Position numbers and translations under genes: made by a program
NCBI GenBank assembly: GCA_030141605.1
Contig: JAQGDQ010000427.1
Coordinates: forward strand, 135,484-199,483
DNA: 64,000 nt
Direction of reading: 5' to 3'
Source of the DNA: Tubiluchus corallicola
Taxonomy: Eukaryota; Animalia; Priapulida
Shown: piece by piece, positions 51,707-64,000 of the stretch
Position numbering within the stretch: the first letter of the stretch is position 1
How the letters are laid out: each line of letters starts with the position of its first letter
The notes under the pieces: generated by a model
The model's input: the letters and a program-made list of their open reading frames with translations, nothing else
What the model was told of the DNA's origin: nothing
Databases searched by the model: none

Positions 51707-53006
51707 TGTGATATATGTGGTGTACCACCTGTGATGTAGGACGCTTTCGTTACGACACCACAAACACTTTTTTGCTACTAATTTCCGATATGTGCTGACG
51801 CGTGGGTTCAGTGAATCTTTCCATTTAAGCATAGTTCACAGACATGTATTCCAAATAGAACCAAATAAAACAGTTTTTAATATTACCGATAAATTCTGTG
51901 TTTAATGAGATAATAAGAAGTAAAAACAATTTACTTTAAACCAAAACAACAACAAACTTGTTATAATTACAAACAACGTTTCTAGACAATCTACGATAAT
52001 CAGAAGACTAGTTAGCCCCAACCCAGGTGAAGGAGAAGGATGTGAGGTAAGTATACTTATCAGTTGTAGTCGGAAGTGCAGTCGGAAGCTGCCGGTTTCC
52101 AACGCTTGACGATCTCCATCACTCTGGCAGCTTGGAATAACGTGACTAACCGGTTATGCGACCTTCGTCGAATCTTGAGCTGTTACTCTTCCAAACCTCA
52201 GCAGGGGGTGGAATCTTACGTGGTAACTTCTACAACGCTTGTCAGGTGTACCGAAGTCGTAATTGGTTACTTCACCAATCCTAGTGGAGTGCAGTGGAGT
52301 CCTGACCCGTGGAGTTCGCGGAACTACCATTGGTACTCCGTCTGGTCATAACCTGGTTGTTTCTGCACCGGATCTCCTGTACTTCCGTTTACAGCAGTAC
52401 GTCTAATAAGGAATAAAAGCCAGTTTATTGGTGTTTCCGCCTCACGGCTCGAACACCTAAACCTTTGGTGTGTCTGTGCCCTTTAAATCACTTTCTGTCG
52501 CCACAGTAATTAAGTCTTGACTTCGATTGTTAATAAGTGTTCGTCGGAAGCCATATACGACGACTTCACTGGCTTAGCACGTTCGACACACTGTGTTGAA
52601 CCTGGTTTCAATTTCTAGAACAGGTAAAACTGGATGACCTTGTCCTTTAACACGACGATTCATTGGCTGGATAGCCTGTTCAGTTGGGCGTATGACCAAT
52701 CACTTACTTTCTTGTAAAGGAGATCTAGGGCAGGTATGAGGTGGGACCCTTCCCAGAGCTAACTAGGTGCATGTTCATATATTTACAGTCACAACTTGCT
52801 TTATTGTAGTAGATAAATTCGCATAACAAGTAATTAACTAATGACTCAGTCAATTGACATAAGCAATTAGCTAACTTAAGCTATGAAGGCAGCCTAAGTA
52901 TTGGACATACGCAAAATCATACTAGAATACAGTTCTACTTTATTAGACGGGTTTGCAATGCTATTCGGTAGTTCTTATATTCCAGACTGACGTCACGGAC
53001 GTCACA
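51707..53006. mobile_element. Solo LTR (1300 bp), TGTGA...TCACA, with perfect 5-bp TSD ATGTA, inserted between RT and RNase H
   Basis: ATGTA at 51702-51706 and 53007-53011. Removal restores ...KNAPVH|VDWNEECERSF. Confidence 0.92.
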
Positions 53007-56000
53007 ATGTACAGGTGCATTTTTCTCAAGCAATGCATACAAGGGTACCGCAATAGAACTAAACATCGGAATAAACCGTCTGTAAAAACCTATTAAACCG
53101 AGGAAAGCTCGTACTTGTCTTTTGGTCTGAGGACGAGGGGTTTCATGAATCTTTTGAATCTTCTCGACCTGTGGGCGTAAGCGATTCATTCCAACAACGT
53201 ATCCGAGAAATTTGGTCTCAGTTTGGGCGAAGTTGCATTTCTTTGGTTTAGGTGTAAGACCAGCACGTCGTAGCAGAGCTAATACCAACCGAATATGTTG
53301 CAGGTGGGATTGCCAAGTGTTTGATTTAATCATGATGTCATTAATGTATCCGTGGGCATATTCCTCTGCAGCTTCTAACACCCTGTCTACCAAGCTTTGA
53401 CAGGTTTGTGCACTATTGACAAGGCCAAAAGGCATCACAACGAATTCGAATTTTCCGAATTCTGTAACGAAAACAGAGTATGCTTGGGATTCTTCGGCGA
53501 GTTTTATTTGCCAGTACGCCTTCGAAAGGTCTAATGTGGTTATCCACAGAGCGCCATGCATGCCGTCCACGATGTCATCTACCCGAGGCATGAGAGAGTG
53601 ATTGAAAGGCGTTTGAGCATTTAAAAGCCTATAAACTATACAGAAACGAAAACCTGATGCAGCGTGCTCTTTTGGCACAAGGACAACTGGTGAAGAAAAT
53701 TCAGAATCAAATCTGCGTATCACTTGTAATTTCTGCATCTCTATCTAATTCTTTTCTGATAACCTCTCTGCGAGCATGAGGAGTTCGGTATGCCCTCTGT
53801 CTAACTGGCGTAGGATTTGTTAGAGTAATACGATGTTGAACTAATTCAGTGCGACCGGGAAGATCGGTGAACATCTCTGAAAATTCTGCAAGTACTGCTG
53901 CCAACTGACTGATCTGTTCATCATTGAGATGAGAGTCATGTGCTACATCATTGAGAGACTGGGTGGGTGAGGCAGAAGGCGGGAATGCATATTCAGGAAG
54001 TTTCAATGAACACGCATTTTCCACCTTCACATCACCATTACCAACTTCAGACAAAACACTGTCTAGTGACGTTGTACTAAATTCCTCACACTTTGCAAAC
54101 AAAACCATGTGCTCGTCGCGTTCAACAAATGGTTTCAATATGTTGATATGATATGTTCTTGCATGGCGTTTGCGTGCACTTTTGCCTCCTAAATGTATTT
54201 TATATGTTCAATTTATCAACAACTGTAAAGGAGCCACGATAGCACTTTTACCTTCAGGCATTAAAACAAGAACTTTTTGCCCTATTTCAAGCGAGCGTTC
54301 TGAAGTGGTTTTATCATACCACTTTTTCTGTGATATTTTAGCTTTTTGCAAAGCTTGATGGGCATCAACAGTTGACTCTTTTACAGTGTTAATTATGCGA
54401 GTTACGTAATCATCAATTTCCTCCCACTTAGGAGCTTCTACAGAGCCCCAACCTTCCCTTAGGGCAGCGAAAGGCCCACGCACAGGAAAACCATAAACTA
54501 ACTGAAATGGGGCATACCCAGTGGATTCTTGGGGTACTTCCCTGAAGGCAAATAAAATACACGGAATAGTTTCATCCCAGGGTAAATACTTCTCATTTTG
54601 CATGACTTTTAAATGCAGGATTTTAAAGAGCCATTAAATCTCTCAGTTAACCCATTCCCCTGCGGGTTATATGGAGAAGTGAAAGTTCCCTTTAAACCCA
54701 AGGCCTGTTCTAAATCATGGATTAACTGTGATGTGAATTGAGTACCTCTGTCGGTTAAAATCTCACGCGGGATGCCATGTCGACATATGTATTGCAATAA
54801 AGCTTTAACAACAGTAGTGGTTTCAATATTTAGCATAATAATAATAGATAGCATGATCTATTATTACTAACGCGTACTTATTCCCCGAGGGTGTTCTCTT
54901 CATAGGCCCAATAATATCCATGGCTATAGTTCGAAATGCAATCGAAGGTGTGAACAATGGCTTTAATTTTGCTTTATCAGAACGTTTAATTCTCGCCGTT
55001 TTCTGACACGGGACACACGAGCGGCAATATTGTATCAGGAACTTTTAACTCTAGGCCAAATACATTCTTGTAAAACACGTTGGGTAGTTTTTCGTATGCC
55101 CAGGTGACCAGCCATGTGCGCATCATGTGCCAAAGATAAGACTGCCAAACGTCTAGACTTGGGTACAACCAAAAGTTCGCGGGGTTTAGCATCGCGCTTT
55201 TCGCGTGTCATGTAATATAAAATCCCATCTTTAATGAAGTAACCCTTTCTTTGGGCTCGAGCTGCAGTTTCTGTGACTGCGTGATCACGTAAATTGCGCA
55301 AACTGACATAATCGCGCTGTTCTTGCTGCAAATGTTCTTTACTAAGCTGTAACAGCTGCTGTTGCTGTGCTTTAGTATCTACGCCAGATGCAATATTTTT
55401 GTCCGCTTTTTGGTCAGCGTTTAAACTACTTAGTAATTGTTTATCGCTGTTAGCTTCTGCTTGTAGCTGCTTTGCTTTTGATCGGGTTACTGCAAAAGTT
55501 TTTTTCGAATTACCAGCTTGTTTCGCGACATTTGTATTTCCACTCACAAGTTCATCAAAATAATGTGACGTATCTGAATTTTCAGGTGTGATACATTCTA
55601 AATCAACTGACTTAGGTGGTGTACTAAAACTCTGTTTAATGTTAAATGGTGTCACAGCAGTTCGGTAATCATTTCCTAGCAAAAAGGGCACAGGAAGACT
55701 ATCAGACACTGCCACTCTCAATCTACAATTGACTAGCGTACATTCCACATTATACGCTGCCATAGGACCTTTAAATTAATTCAGTTGAGCTGAAGTTTAT
55801 CTTTCCTCGTCAACGTTAATTACTACTTACAATGCTAGAAATAGGCCAGTCTGCTTTGGTTATTTATTTTGTAGCAAAACAGTTGTAAGAGGAAAAAAAT
55901 GGCAATCATTTTGGGTATCTCTGTCTTTAGTACATTAGTTTTCAATGTCAAAATCATTATGTTTAATGTTAAAGAAAAATGAATAGGCCCACATTATTAT

Positions 56001-56056
56001 AGATGTAACACTACTAAACTACAATTTTAACTCTATTTTAATTTATTCTTTCACAG

Positions 56057-56349
56057 GCAAGAAGAGTGACAATCCTCTTTCTCCAGATTATGCGCCCTCT
56101 GTTTTCTGCGACGTCAAATCACCAAAGAAACGACTCCAGGAGCAGAAATCAGAAACGTATGAAAACAGACAAAACAGGAAAAGAAAACGAGTTGAATATG
56201 AAAAACGACATCAGACGGCCACAGATCTTTTAGAACTTTCTGACATCAATAAAGTAAAAATTCAACAAGAAACTGTATTGGCATCTACAAATGAAACGAT
56301 TTCTTCACCGGTATTACCACCATGTTTCTTTGCAAGGAAGCCAGACTGA
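56057..56349 (+). pseudogene. THAP gene exon 2 (continuation of 47842-48020)
   Basis: The acceptor ttctttcacAG at 56055-56056 gives a phase-1 join: (SG)KKSDNPLSPDYAPSVFCDVKSPKKRLQEQKSETYENRQNRKRKR...TATDLLELS. Homology appears to end near a family C repeat. Confidence 0.85.
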
Positions 56350-56489
56350 CACGATAATGAACAAGAAAGCCCTCCAATTACATAAAGCTTAAAAAATTCG
56401 TCTTGAAATTTAATACCACTTACATGTTGCTTTTTACATACAGGACTTGCGGTAATGCTGTTTAAATATATATATATATGAAACACGGG

Positions 56490-56790
56490 AGAAAGTGGCA
56501 TAAACGTAAAAATGGCACAGGAATAAATTAAAATGGCGCACTTACTAAAACTTGGTGTTAGAGGGGATAATTTTTTCAGCTATTATTTTTTTACCTCTGT
56601 CAATCAAGATGAGCTTCAACGGTTTGTTTGTTTGTTTGTCTGTTTCTTTGGTTGTATTTTGTCTGACAAGGCAGTAAACCTGTTACGCAAATACATAGAT
56701 TTCACGAAATTTGTGGAGAAATCCGGTATAGGGTGCCAAAATGGGAATCTTTTACCTGGTTCTTTTTTCGCAAAATTTGACCGAACCACC
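56490..56790 (-). repeat. Diverged inverted copy of the 13660-14060 element
   Basis: Reverse-complement similarity over the 'aaatggca' array, 'gataatt...tagc' and 'gccaaaatg...tttttcgcaaaa'. Confidence 0.6.
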
Positions 56791-58429
56791 ACATACAGAA
56801 AAACATTCGTGAAGCACTTCGTGGAGGTCACAGAGAGAATTTTAGTACTTCTTTATTTATTATCTCCACTTTGACAAACAACTAGGAGTTAATTCCAGGC
56901 ACCATTTCCAGAAATTCTCGCTTGTAAAATTGTGTAATGCCGTCTATTTGATTAGGATAGCCCTATTGGTATGTAATTACCTATATATTTGTGAGTCTAT
57001 TACCTTCGCCAAAATTAATAACCATACACGCTATGTGGAATGTTCGTGCATTATTGATTATAAATCTGTTTAATAAACAAAATATTTTGTTAGTATTTTG
57101 CGATATAATGCCAGTACAGGTACATTTGTGAACGTTTGCTTGTTTATCTTTGTGTTACGTTTTTTTAATAAAAGAATCAAACGAAAAAGTTTAAAATTGT
57201 TCAGCTTTGGATGAAATATCTGCTGTTCCCACTGAATGCTTTCTATATGTAGTTTCATTATATGTAGTGTACTTTATAAATGAAAAATTATATTTTTGGG
57301 GATATAATGAGTTCCACAAACAATGCAAAATTTTTGTAACTTTAACAAGCGTTTAAAAAATAATAGTAGTCAACCAAATTGTTCTAAGCTAAAAAGTTAT
57401 GAATTGTGTTAGAAAGCATCGTGCTCAATTCTGAAAATGGAAAACTGTAAGTCGTTGCTGACTGTACAGCCTTTGTCTAGTGGTCGTACCTATGATGAGA
57501 AGGCTGCCCATATGTAGGGCGCGGAAAGAATAATGGATGACTGCAAACGCCATTTTTACGTATGTTTTCTGTGGTATCAAGTAATTACCAGTATTTAAGT
57601 GAATTACTTTGTGAATTCAAGAATTTGTGTGAAACAGTCGAGCAAAATGAGAGATTCTGAACCGAAATGGGTCAAAATAATAAGAAATTATGATTATTAA
57701 ATGAGGTTTGTATTTCATTACTGAGTTTCAGAAGTATGAGCTGTTACAGTAAAAAACGGTGTGAACTGAAACTATACAAGATGACTGCACATTCATCCAA
57801 CACGAGTCTACGAGAGTAATTTATCACAAAATTAACGTTTGTGATCCATCCGCTATTAATTATTTAAATGAAAACAAATTAGCCTGACAAATGCCAAAAA
57901 TTGCTAAATTACTGTAGAATCTAACGCACCACAAACGCTTGAGAACTGTTTCGTTATTTACTTTACACTGCACCAGATAAACAGAGTAAGCCACTTATCA
58001 GCACAACAAAAGCAAGGCTAATCCAACTACCTCATTAGCGAATGTATGACCTAACAATCAATCATCAATGGCTAACCAGTTTCGACTATCTATAAACAGT
58101 GTCGTGAATGTAAGCAAATTTGATTGCAAGATCATGTTAATGTAAGACATTGGATTGACAAACTTGGTGCAAGAGAAAGCTGTAGTACTTTAGAAACCAG
58201 CTTAACTAAAACCACAACTAAAATTATCTGTGGATTCCAGTCATTACATTTAAATAACAGGCAATGAACCAATATATTTCACGCCAGACAAAATAAAAAA
58301 ATATTTAGTTTTGTCTTTAACTTTTAATTTTTTCAACGTTTCTGTAAAATTGGATCTGATTTTTATGCATTTTCTTTGATAATTTGACAATTTGTTGAAA
58401 TGCTTACGGTTTTCGAGAACTGGGTTGTG

Positions 58430-61400
58430 TCAATTGCTGTACTGCCGTTTACCCTTTCTTAAACCGTTAACATGAAACAAAGGCTTTTTCTCTAGAAAAC
58501 CTCGTGTAAAATGCGTTAAAATTTCGCGCTAAAAATTTCCCGCATTTCCCGCAATACTGCCTGTTTACCCTTTCTTAAACCATTAACATGAAACAAAGGC
58601 TTTTTTCTAGAAATCCTTGTGTAAAGTGCGCCAAAATTTCGCGCAAAAAATTTCCCGCATTTCCCGCAATACTGCCTATTTACCCTTTCTTAAACCATTA
58701 ACATGAAACAAAGGCTTTTTTCTAGAAATCCTTGTACAAAGTGCGCTAAAATTTTCCCGCATTTCCCGCAAAACTGCCTGTTTACCCTTTCTTAAACCAT
58801 TAATATCAAACAAAGGCTTTATTTCTAGAAATCCTCGTGTAAAGTGCGCTAAAATTTCAAGCTAAAATTTCCCACATTTTTCGCAATACTGCCTGTTGAC
58901 CCTTTCTTAAACCATTAACATGAAACAAAGGCTTTTTTCTAGAAATCCTCGTGTAAAATGCGCTAAAATTTTCCCGCATTTCCCGCAATATGGCTGTTTA
59001 CCATTTCTTAAACCATTAACATGAAACAAAGGATTTTTCTCTAGATAACCTCGTGTAAAATGCGTTAAAATTTCGCGTTAAAATTTTCCAGCATTTCCCG
59101 CAATACTGCCTGTTTACCCTTTCTTAAAACACTAACATGAAACAAAGGCTTTTTTCTAGAAAGCCTCGTTTAAAATGCGCTAAAATTTCGCGCTAAAAAT
59201 TTCCCGCATTTCCCGCAAAACTGCCTGGTTACACTTTCTTAAACCATTAACATGAAACAAAGGCTTTTTTAGAAATCGTAGTGTAAAATGCGCTAAAATT
59301 TCGCGCTAAAAATTTCCCGCATTTCCCGCAAAACTGCCTGGTTACACTTTCTTAAACCATTAACACGAAACAAAGGCTTTTTTAGAAATCGTAGTGTAAA
59401 ATGCGCTAAAATTTCGCGCTAAAATTTTCTCGCATTTCGCGTAAAACTGCCTGTTTACCCTTTCTTAAACCATTAATATCAAACAAAGGCTTTCTTTCTA
59501 GAAAACCTCGTGTAAAATGCGCTAAAAATTTCCCGCATTTCCCGCAATACTGCCTGTTTACCCTTTCTTAAACCATTAACATGAAACAAAGGTTTTTTTC
59601 TAGAAATTCTCGTGTAAAATGCGCTAAAATTTCGCGCTAAAATTTTTCCACATTGCCCGCAATACTGCCTGTTAACATGAAACAAAGACTTTATTTCTAG
59701 AAAGCCTCGTGTAAAATGCGCTAAAATTTTGCGCTAAACATTTCCCGCATTTCCCGCAAAACTGCCTGTTTACACTTTCTTAAACTGTTAACATGAAACA
59801 AAGGCTTTTTTCTAGAAAGCCTCATGTAAAATGCGCTGAAATTTCGCGCTAAAATTTTCCCGCATTTCCCGCAATACTGTCTGTTTACCCTTTCTTAAAC
59901 TATTAACATGAAACAAAGGCTTTTTTCTAGAAATCCTCAAGTAAAGTGCGCTAAAATTTCGCGTTAAAATTTTCCCACATTTCCCGCAATACTGCCTGTT
60001 TACACTTTCTTAAACCATAAACATGAAACAAAGACTTTATTTCTAGAAAGCCTCGTGTAAAATGCGCTAAAATTTCGCGCTAAAATTTTCCCGCATTTCC
60101 CGCAAAACTGCCTGTTTACACTTTCTTAAACTGTTAACATGAAACAAAGGCTTTTTTCTAGAAAGCCTCGTGTAAAATGCGCTAAAATTTCGCGCTAAAA
60201 ATTTCCCGCAAAACTGCCTGTTTACACTTTCTTAAACTGTTAACATGAAACAAAGGCTTTTTTCTAGAAAGCCTCGTGTAAAATGCGCTAAAATTTCGCG
60301 CTAAAATTTTCCCGCATTTCCCGCAATACTGTCAGTTTACCCTTTCTTAAACCATTAACATGAAACAAAGGCTTTTTTCTAGAAATCCTCGTGTAAAGTG
60401 CGCTAAAATTTCGCGTTAAAATTTTCCCACATTGCCCGCAATACTGCCTGTTAACATGAAACAAAGACTTTATTTCTAGAAAGCCTCGTGTAAAATGCGC
60501 TAAAATTTTGCGCTAAAAATTTCCCGCATTGCCCGCAATACTGCCTGTTAACATGAAACAAAGACTTTATTTCTAGAAAACCTCGTGTAAAATGCGCTAA
60601 AATTTCGCACTAAAATTTTCCCGCATTTCCCGCAATACTGTCTGTTTACCCTTTCTTAAACCATTAACATGAAACAAAGGTTTTTTTTCGAGAAAGTCTC
60701 GTGTAAAATGTGCTAAAATTTTCCCGCAATACTGCCTGTTTACCCTTTCTTAAACCATTAACATGAAACAAAGGCTTTTTTCTAGAAATCCTCGTGTAAA
60801 ATGCGCTAAAATTTTCCCGCATTTCCCGCAATATGGCTGTTTACCCTTTCTTAAACCATTAACATGAAACAAAGGCTTTTTCTCTAGAAAACCTCGTGTA
60901 AAATGCGTTAAAATTTCGCGCTAAAAATTTCCCGCATTTCCCGCAATACTGCCTGTTTACCCTTTCTTAAACCATTAACATGAAACAAAGGCTTTTTTCT
61001 AGAAATCCTTGTGTAAAGTGCGCCAAAATTTCGCGCAAAAAATTTCCCGCATTTCCCGCAATACTGCCTATTTACCCTTTCTTAAACCATTAACATGAAA
61101 CAAAGGCTTTTTTCTAGAAATCCTTGTGTAAAGTGCGCTAAAATTTTCCCGCATTTCCCGCAAAACTGCCTGTTTACCCTTTCTTAAACCATTAATATCA
61201 AACAAAGGCTTTATTTCTAGAAATCCTCGTGTAAAGTGCGCTAAAATTTCAAGCTAAAATTTCCCACATTTTTCGCAATACTGCCTGTTGACCCTTTCTT
61301 AAACCATTAACATGAAACAAAGGCTTTTTTCTAGAAATCCTCGTGTAAAATGCGCTAAAATTTTCCCGCATTTCCCGCAATATGGCTGTTTACCCTTTCT

Positions 61401-63830
61401 TAAACCATTAACATGAAACAAAGGCTTTTTTAGAAATCCTCCTATAAAAGGCGCTAAATTTTCGCGCTAAAATTTTCCCGCATTTCCTGCAATACTGCCT
61501 GTTTACCTAAACCATTAACATGAAACAAAGGCTTTTTTCTAGAAAGCCTCGTGTAAAATGCGCTAAAATTTTCCCGCATTTCCCGCAATATGGCTGTTTA
61601 CCCTTTCTTAAACCATTAACATGAAACAAAGGCTTTTATCTAGAAAACCTCGTGTAAAATGCGCTAAAATTTCGCGCTAAAAATTTCCCGCATTTCCCGC
61701 AATACTGCCCGTTTACCCTTTCTTAAACTATTAACATGAAACAAAGGCTTTTTTCTAGAAAGCCTCGTGTAAAATGCGCTAAAATTTCGCGCTAAAATTT
61801 TCCCGCATTTCCCGCAATACTGCCTGTTTACCCTTTCTTAAACCATTAACATGAAACAAAGGCTTTTTTCTAGAAATCCTTGTGTAAAGTGCGCTAAAAT
61901 TTTCCCGCATTTCCCGCAAAACTGCCTGTTTACCCTTTCTTAAACCATTAATATCAAACAAAGGCTTTATTTCTAGAAATCCTCGTGTAAAGTGCGCTAA
62001 AATTTCAAGCTAAAATTTCCCACATTTTTCGCAATACTGCCTGTTGACCCTTTCTTAAACCATTAACATGAAACAAAGGCTTTTTTCTAGAAATCCTTGT
62101 GTAAAATGCGCTAAAATTTTCCCGCATTTCCCGCAATATGGCTGTTTACCCTTTCTTAAACCATTAACATGAAACAAAGGCTTTTTTAGAAATCCTCCTA
62201 TAAAAGGCGCTAAATTTTCGCGCTAAAATTTTCCCGCATTTCCTGCAATACTGCCTGTTTACCCTTTCTTAAACCATTAACATGAAACAAAGGCTTTTTT
62301 CTAGAAAGCCTCGTGTAAAATGCGCTAAAATTTTCCCGCATTTCCCGCAATATGGCTGTTTACCCTTTCTTAAACCATTAACATGAAACAAAGGCTTTTT
62401 CTCTAGAAAACCTCGTGTAAAATGCGTTAAAATTTCGCGCTAAAAATTTCCCGCATTTCCCGCAATACTGCCTGTTTACCCTTTCTTAAACCATTAACAT
62501 GAAACAAAGGCTTTTTTCTAGAAATCCTTGTGTAAAGTGCGCCAAAATTTCGCGCAAAAAATTTCCCGCATTTCCCGCAATACTGCCTATTTACCCTTTC
62601 TTAAACCATTAACATGAAACAAAGGCGTTTTTCTAGAAATCCTTGTGTAAAGTGCGCTAAAATTTTCCCGCATTTCCCGCAAAACTGCCTGTTTACCCTT
62701 TCTTAAACCATTAATATCAAACAAAGGCTTTATTTCTAGAAATCCTCGTGTAAAGTGCGCTAAAATTTCAAGCTAAAATTTCCCACATTTTTTGCAATAC
62801 TGCCTGTTGACCCTTTCTTAAACCATTAACATGAAACAAAGGCTTTTTTCTAGAAATCCTCGTGTAAAATGCGCTAAAATTTTCCCGCATTTCCCGCAAT
62901 ATGGCTGTTTACCCTTTCTTAAACCATTAACATGAAACAAAGGATTTTTCTCTAGAAAACCTCGTGTAAAATGCGTTAAAATTTCGCGTTAAAATTTTCC
63001 AGCATTTCCCGCAATACTGCCTGTTTACCCTTTCTTAAAACACTAACATGAAACAAAGGCTTTTTTCTAGAAAGCCTCGTTTAAAATGCGCTAAAATTTC
63101 GCGCTAAAAATTTCCCGCATTTTACGCAAAACTGCCTGGTTACACTTTCTTAAACCATTAACATGAAACAAAGGCTTTTTTAGAAATCGTAGTGTAAAAT
63201 GCGCTAAAATTTCGCGCTAAAATTTTCCCGCATTTCCCGCAAAACTGCCTGTTTACACTTTCTTAAACCATTAACATGAAACAAAGGCTTTTTTTAGAAA
63301 TTGTAGTGTAAAATGCGCTAAAATTTCGCGCTAAAATTTTCTCGCATTTCGCGTAATACTGCCTGTTTACCCTTTCTTAAACCATTAATATGAAACAAAG
63401 GTTTTTTTCTAGAAAGCCTCGTGTAAAATGCGCTAAAATTTTCCCGCATTTCCCGCAATACTGCCTGTTTACAATTTCTTAAACCATTAACGTGAAACAA
63501 AGGTTTTTTTCTAGAAATTTTCGTGTAAAATGCGCTAAAATTTCGCGCTAAAATTTCCAACATTTCCCGCAATACTGCCTGTTTTTTTTTTAACATGAAA
63601 CAAAGGCTTTTTTCTAGAAATCCTCGTGTAAAATGCGCTAAAATTTCGCGCTAAAATTTTCCCGCAAAACTGCCTGTTTACTCTTAAACTTTAACATGAA
63701 ACAAAGGCTTTTTCTAGAAAGCCTCATGTAAAATGCGCTGAAATTTCGCACCTGTTCCCGCAATACTGTCTGTTTACCCTTTCTTAAACTATTAACATGA
63801 AACAAGGCTTTTTCTAGAAATCCTCAAGTA
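58430..63830. repeat. Satellite DNA, roughly 50 monomers of 115 bp with a 102-bp variant and higher-order blocks
   Basis: Monomer is aatactgcctgtttaccctttcttaaaccattaacatgaaacaaaggcttttttctagaaatcctcgtgtaaaatgcgctaaaatttcgcgctaaaattttcccgcatttcccgc, with spacings 58553 to 58668 (115) and 58668 to 58770 (102). Confidence 0.97.
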
Positions 63831-63839
63831 CATTAACCG

Positions 63840-63990
63840 AGGAAAGGCAGTGTTATATAGCAAGAAAAGCAATGTTGTAGCAATAGGAAAAGCATTGTTA
63901 TGTAGCCAGGATCATCAATGTTATGTATCAAAAAAGGCCAAGTACTGTTATTTAGAAAAGAAAAAACCATTGTTATGCAGCAAGAAGGTG
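63840..63990. repeat. Degenerate about 25-bp repeats (aaagca.tgttatgtagc)
   Basis: About 6 loosely conserved units at the window end. Confidence 0.55.
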
Positions 63991-64000
63991 GAAGAGGAGA

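Larger units (their letters stand above)
49655..55763 (-). mobile_element. Decayed, 5'-truncated Gmr1-like Ty3/Gypsy LTR retrotransposon (pol order PR-INT-RT-RH)
   Basis: Protease tail (LPVPFLLGND, about 55665-55760); integrase HHCC (AHDAHMAGHLG...CRSCVPCQK) and core (MDIIGP, LTDRGTQFTS, QGNGLTERFNGSLK, REVPQESTGYAPFQLVYG) at about 54130-55190; Gypsy-type RT (SSPVVLVPK, LDLSKAYWQI, MPFGLVNS, YIND) at about 53007-53850; RNase H (FVLTTDAS, YSVVEIELLA, VRTDQRSL, NIVADSLT) at 51234-51706. Several frameshifts and stops. Confidence 0.93.

Noticed and set aside
52076-52351. 91-aa ORF inside the solo LTR as a possible accessory gene
   Set aside because: Non-ATG start, no recognisable motif, and a length expected by chance.
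59479-63596. Repetitive ORFs in the satellite (MFHVNGLRKGKQAVLREMRE)
   Set aside because: The main monomer length of 115 bp is not a multiple of three, and the ORFs are incidental.

Overview
AT-rich, repeat-dominated eukaryotic DNA, most likely from an invertebrate metazoan. I found no intact host gene, rRNA, tRNA or CRISPR array. The window is a nest of decayed transposable elements, local segmental duplications and tandem repeats. Retroelements: a Gmr1-like Ty3/Gypsy element with PR-INT-RT-RH order (49655-55763, minus) interrupted by a 1.3 kb solo LTR; a Rex1/Babar-like LINE interrupted by a 1.2 kb solo LTR; an ORF1-only LINE remnant; CR1/L2 fragments; and Penelope-like repeats with minimal hammerhead ribozyme motifs. 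DNA transposons: a Harbinger/ISL2EU-type THAP gene whose two exons are now 8 kb apart around the Gypsy element; a Kolobok element with a spliced THAP pseudogene; a 408-bp hAT derivative with a 5-bp TSD; a Harbinger MADF fragment; and a pogo-like PHD remnant. Tandem repeats: a 73-bp array with a 4-mer higher-order pattern, 24-bp and 66-bp minisatellites, and a 5.4 kb 115/102-bp satellite. Most ORFs in the supplied track are artefacts of simple repeats. I see no convincing wholly new system. The best leads are the Gmr1-type element, the split THAP gene, the hammerhead motifs and the ORF1-only LINE. All family assignments come from motif recognition by eye, not from database searches.
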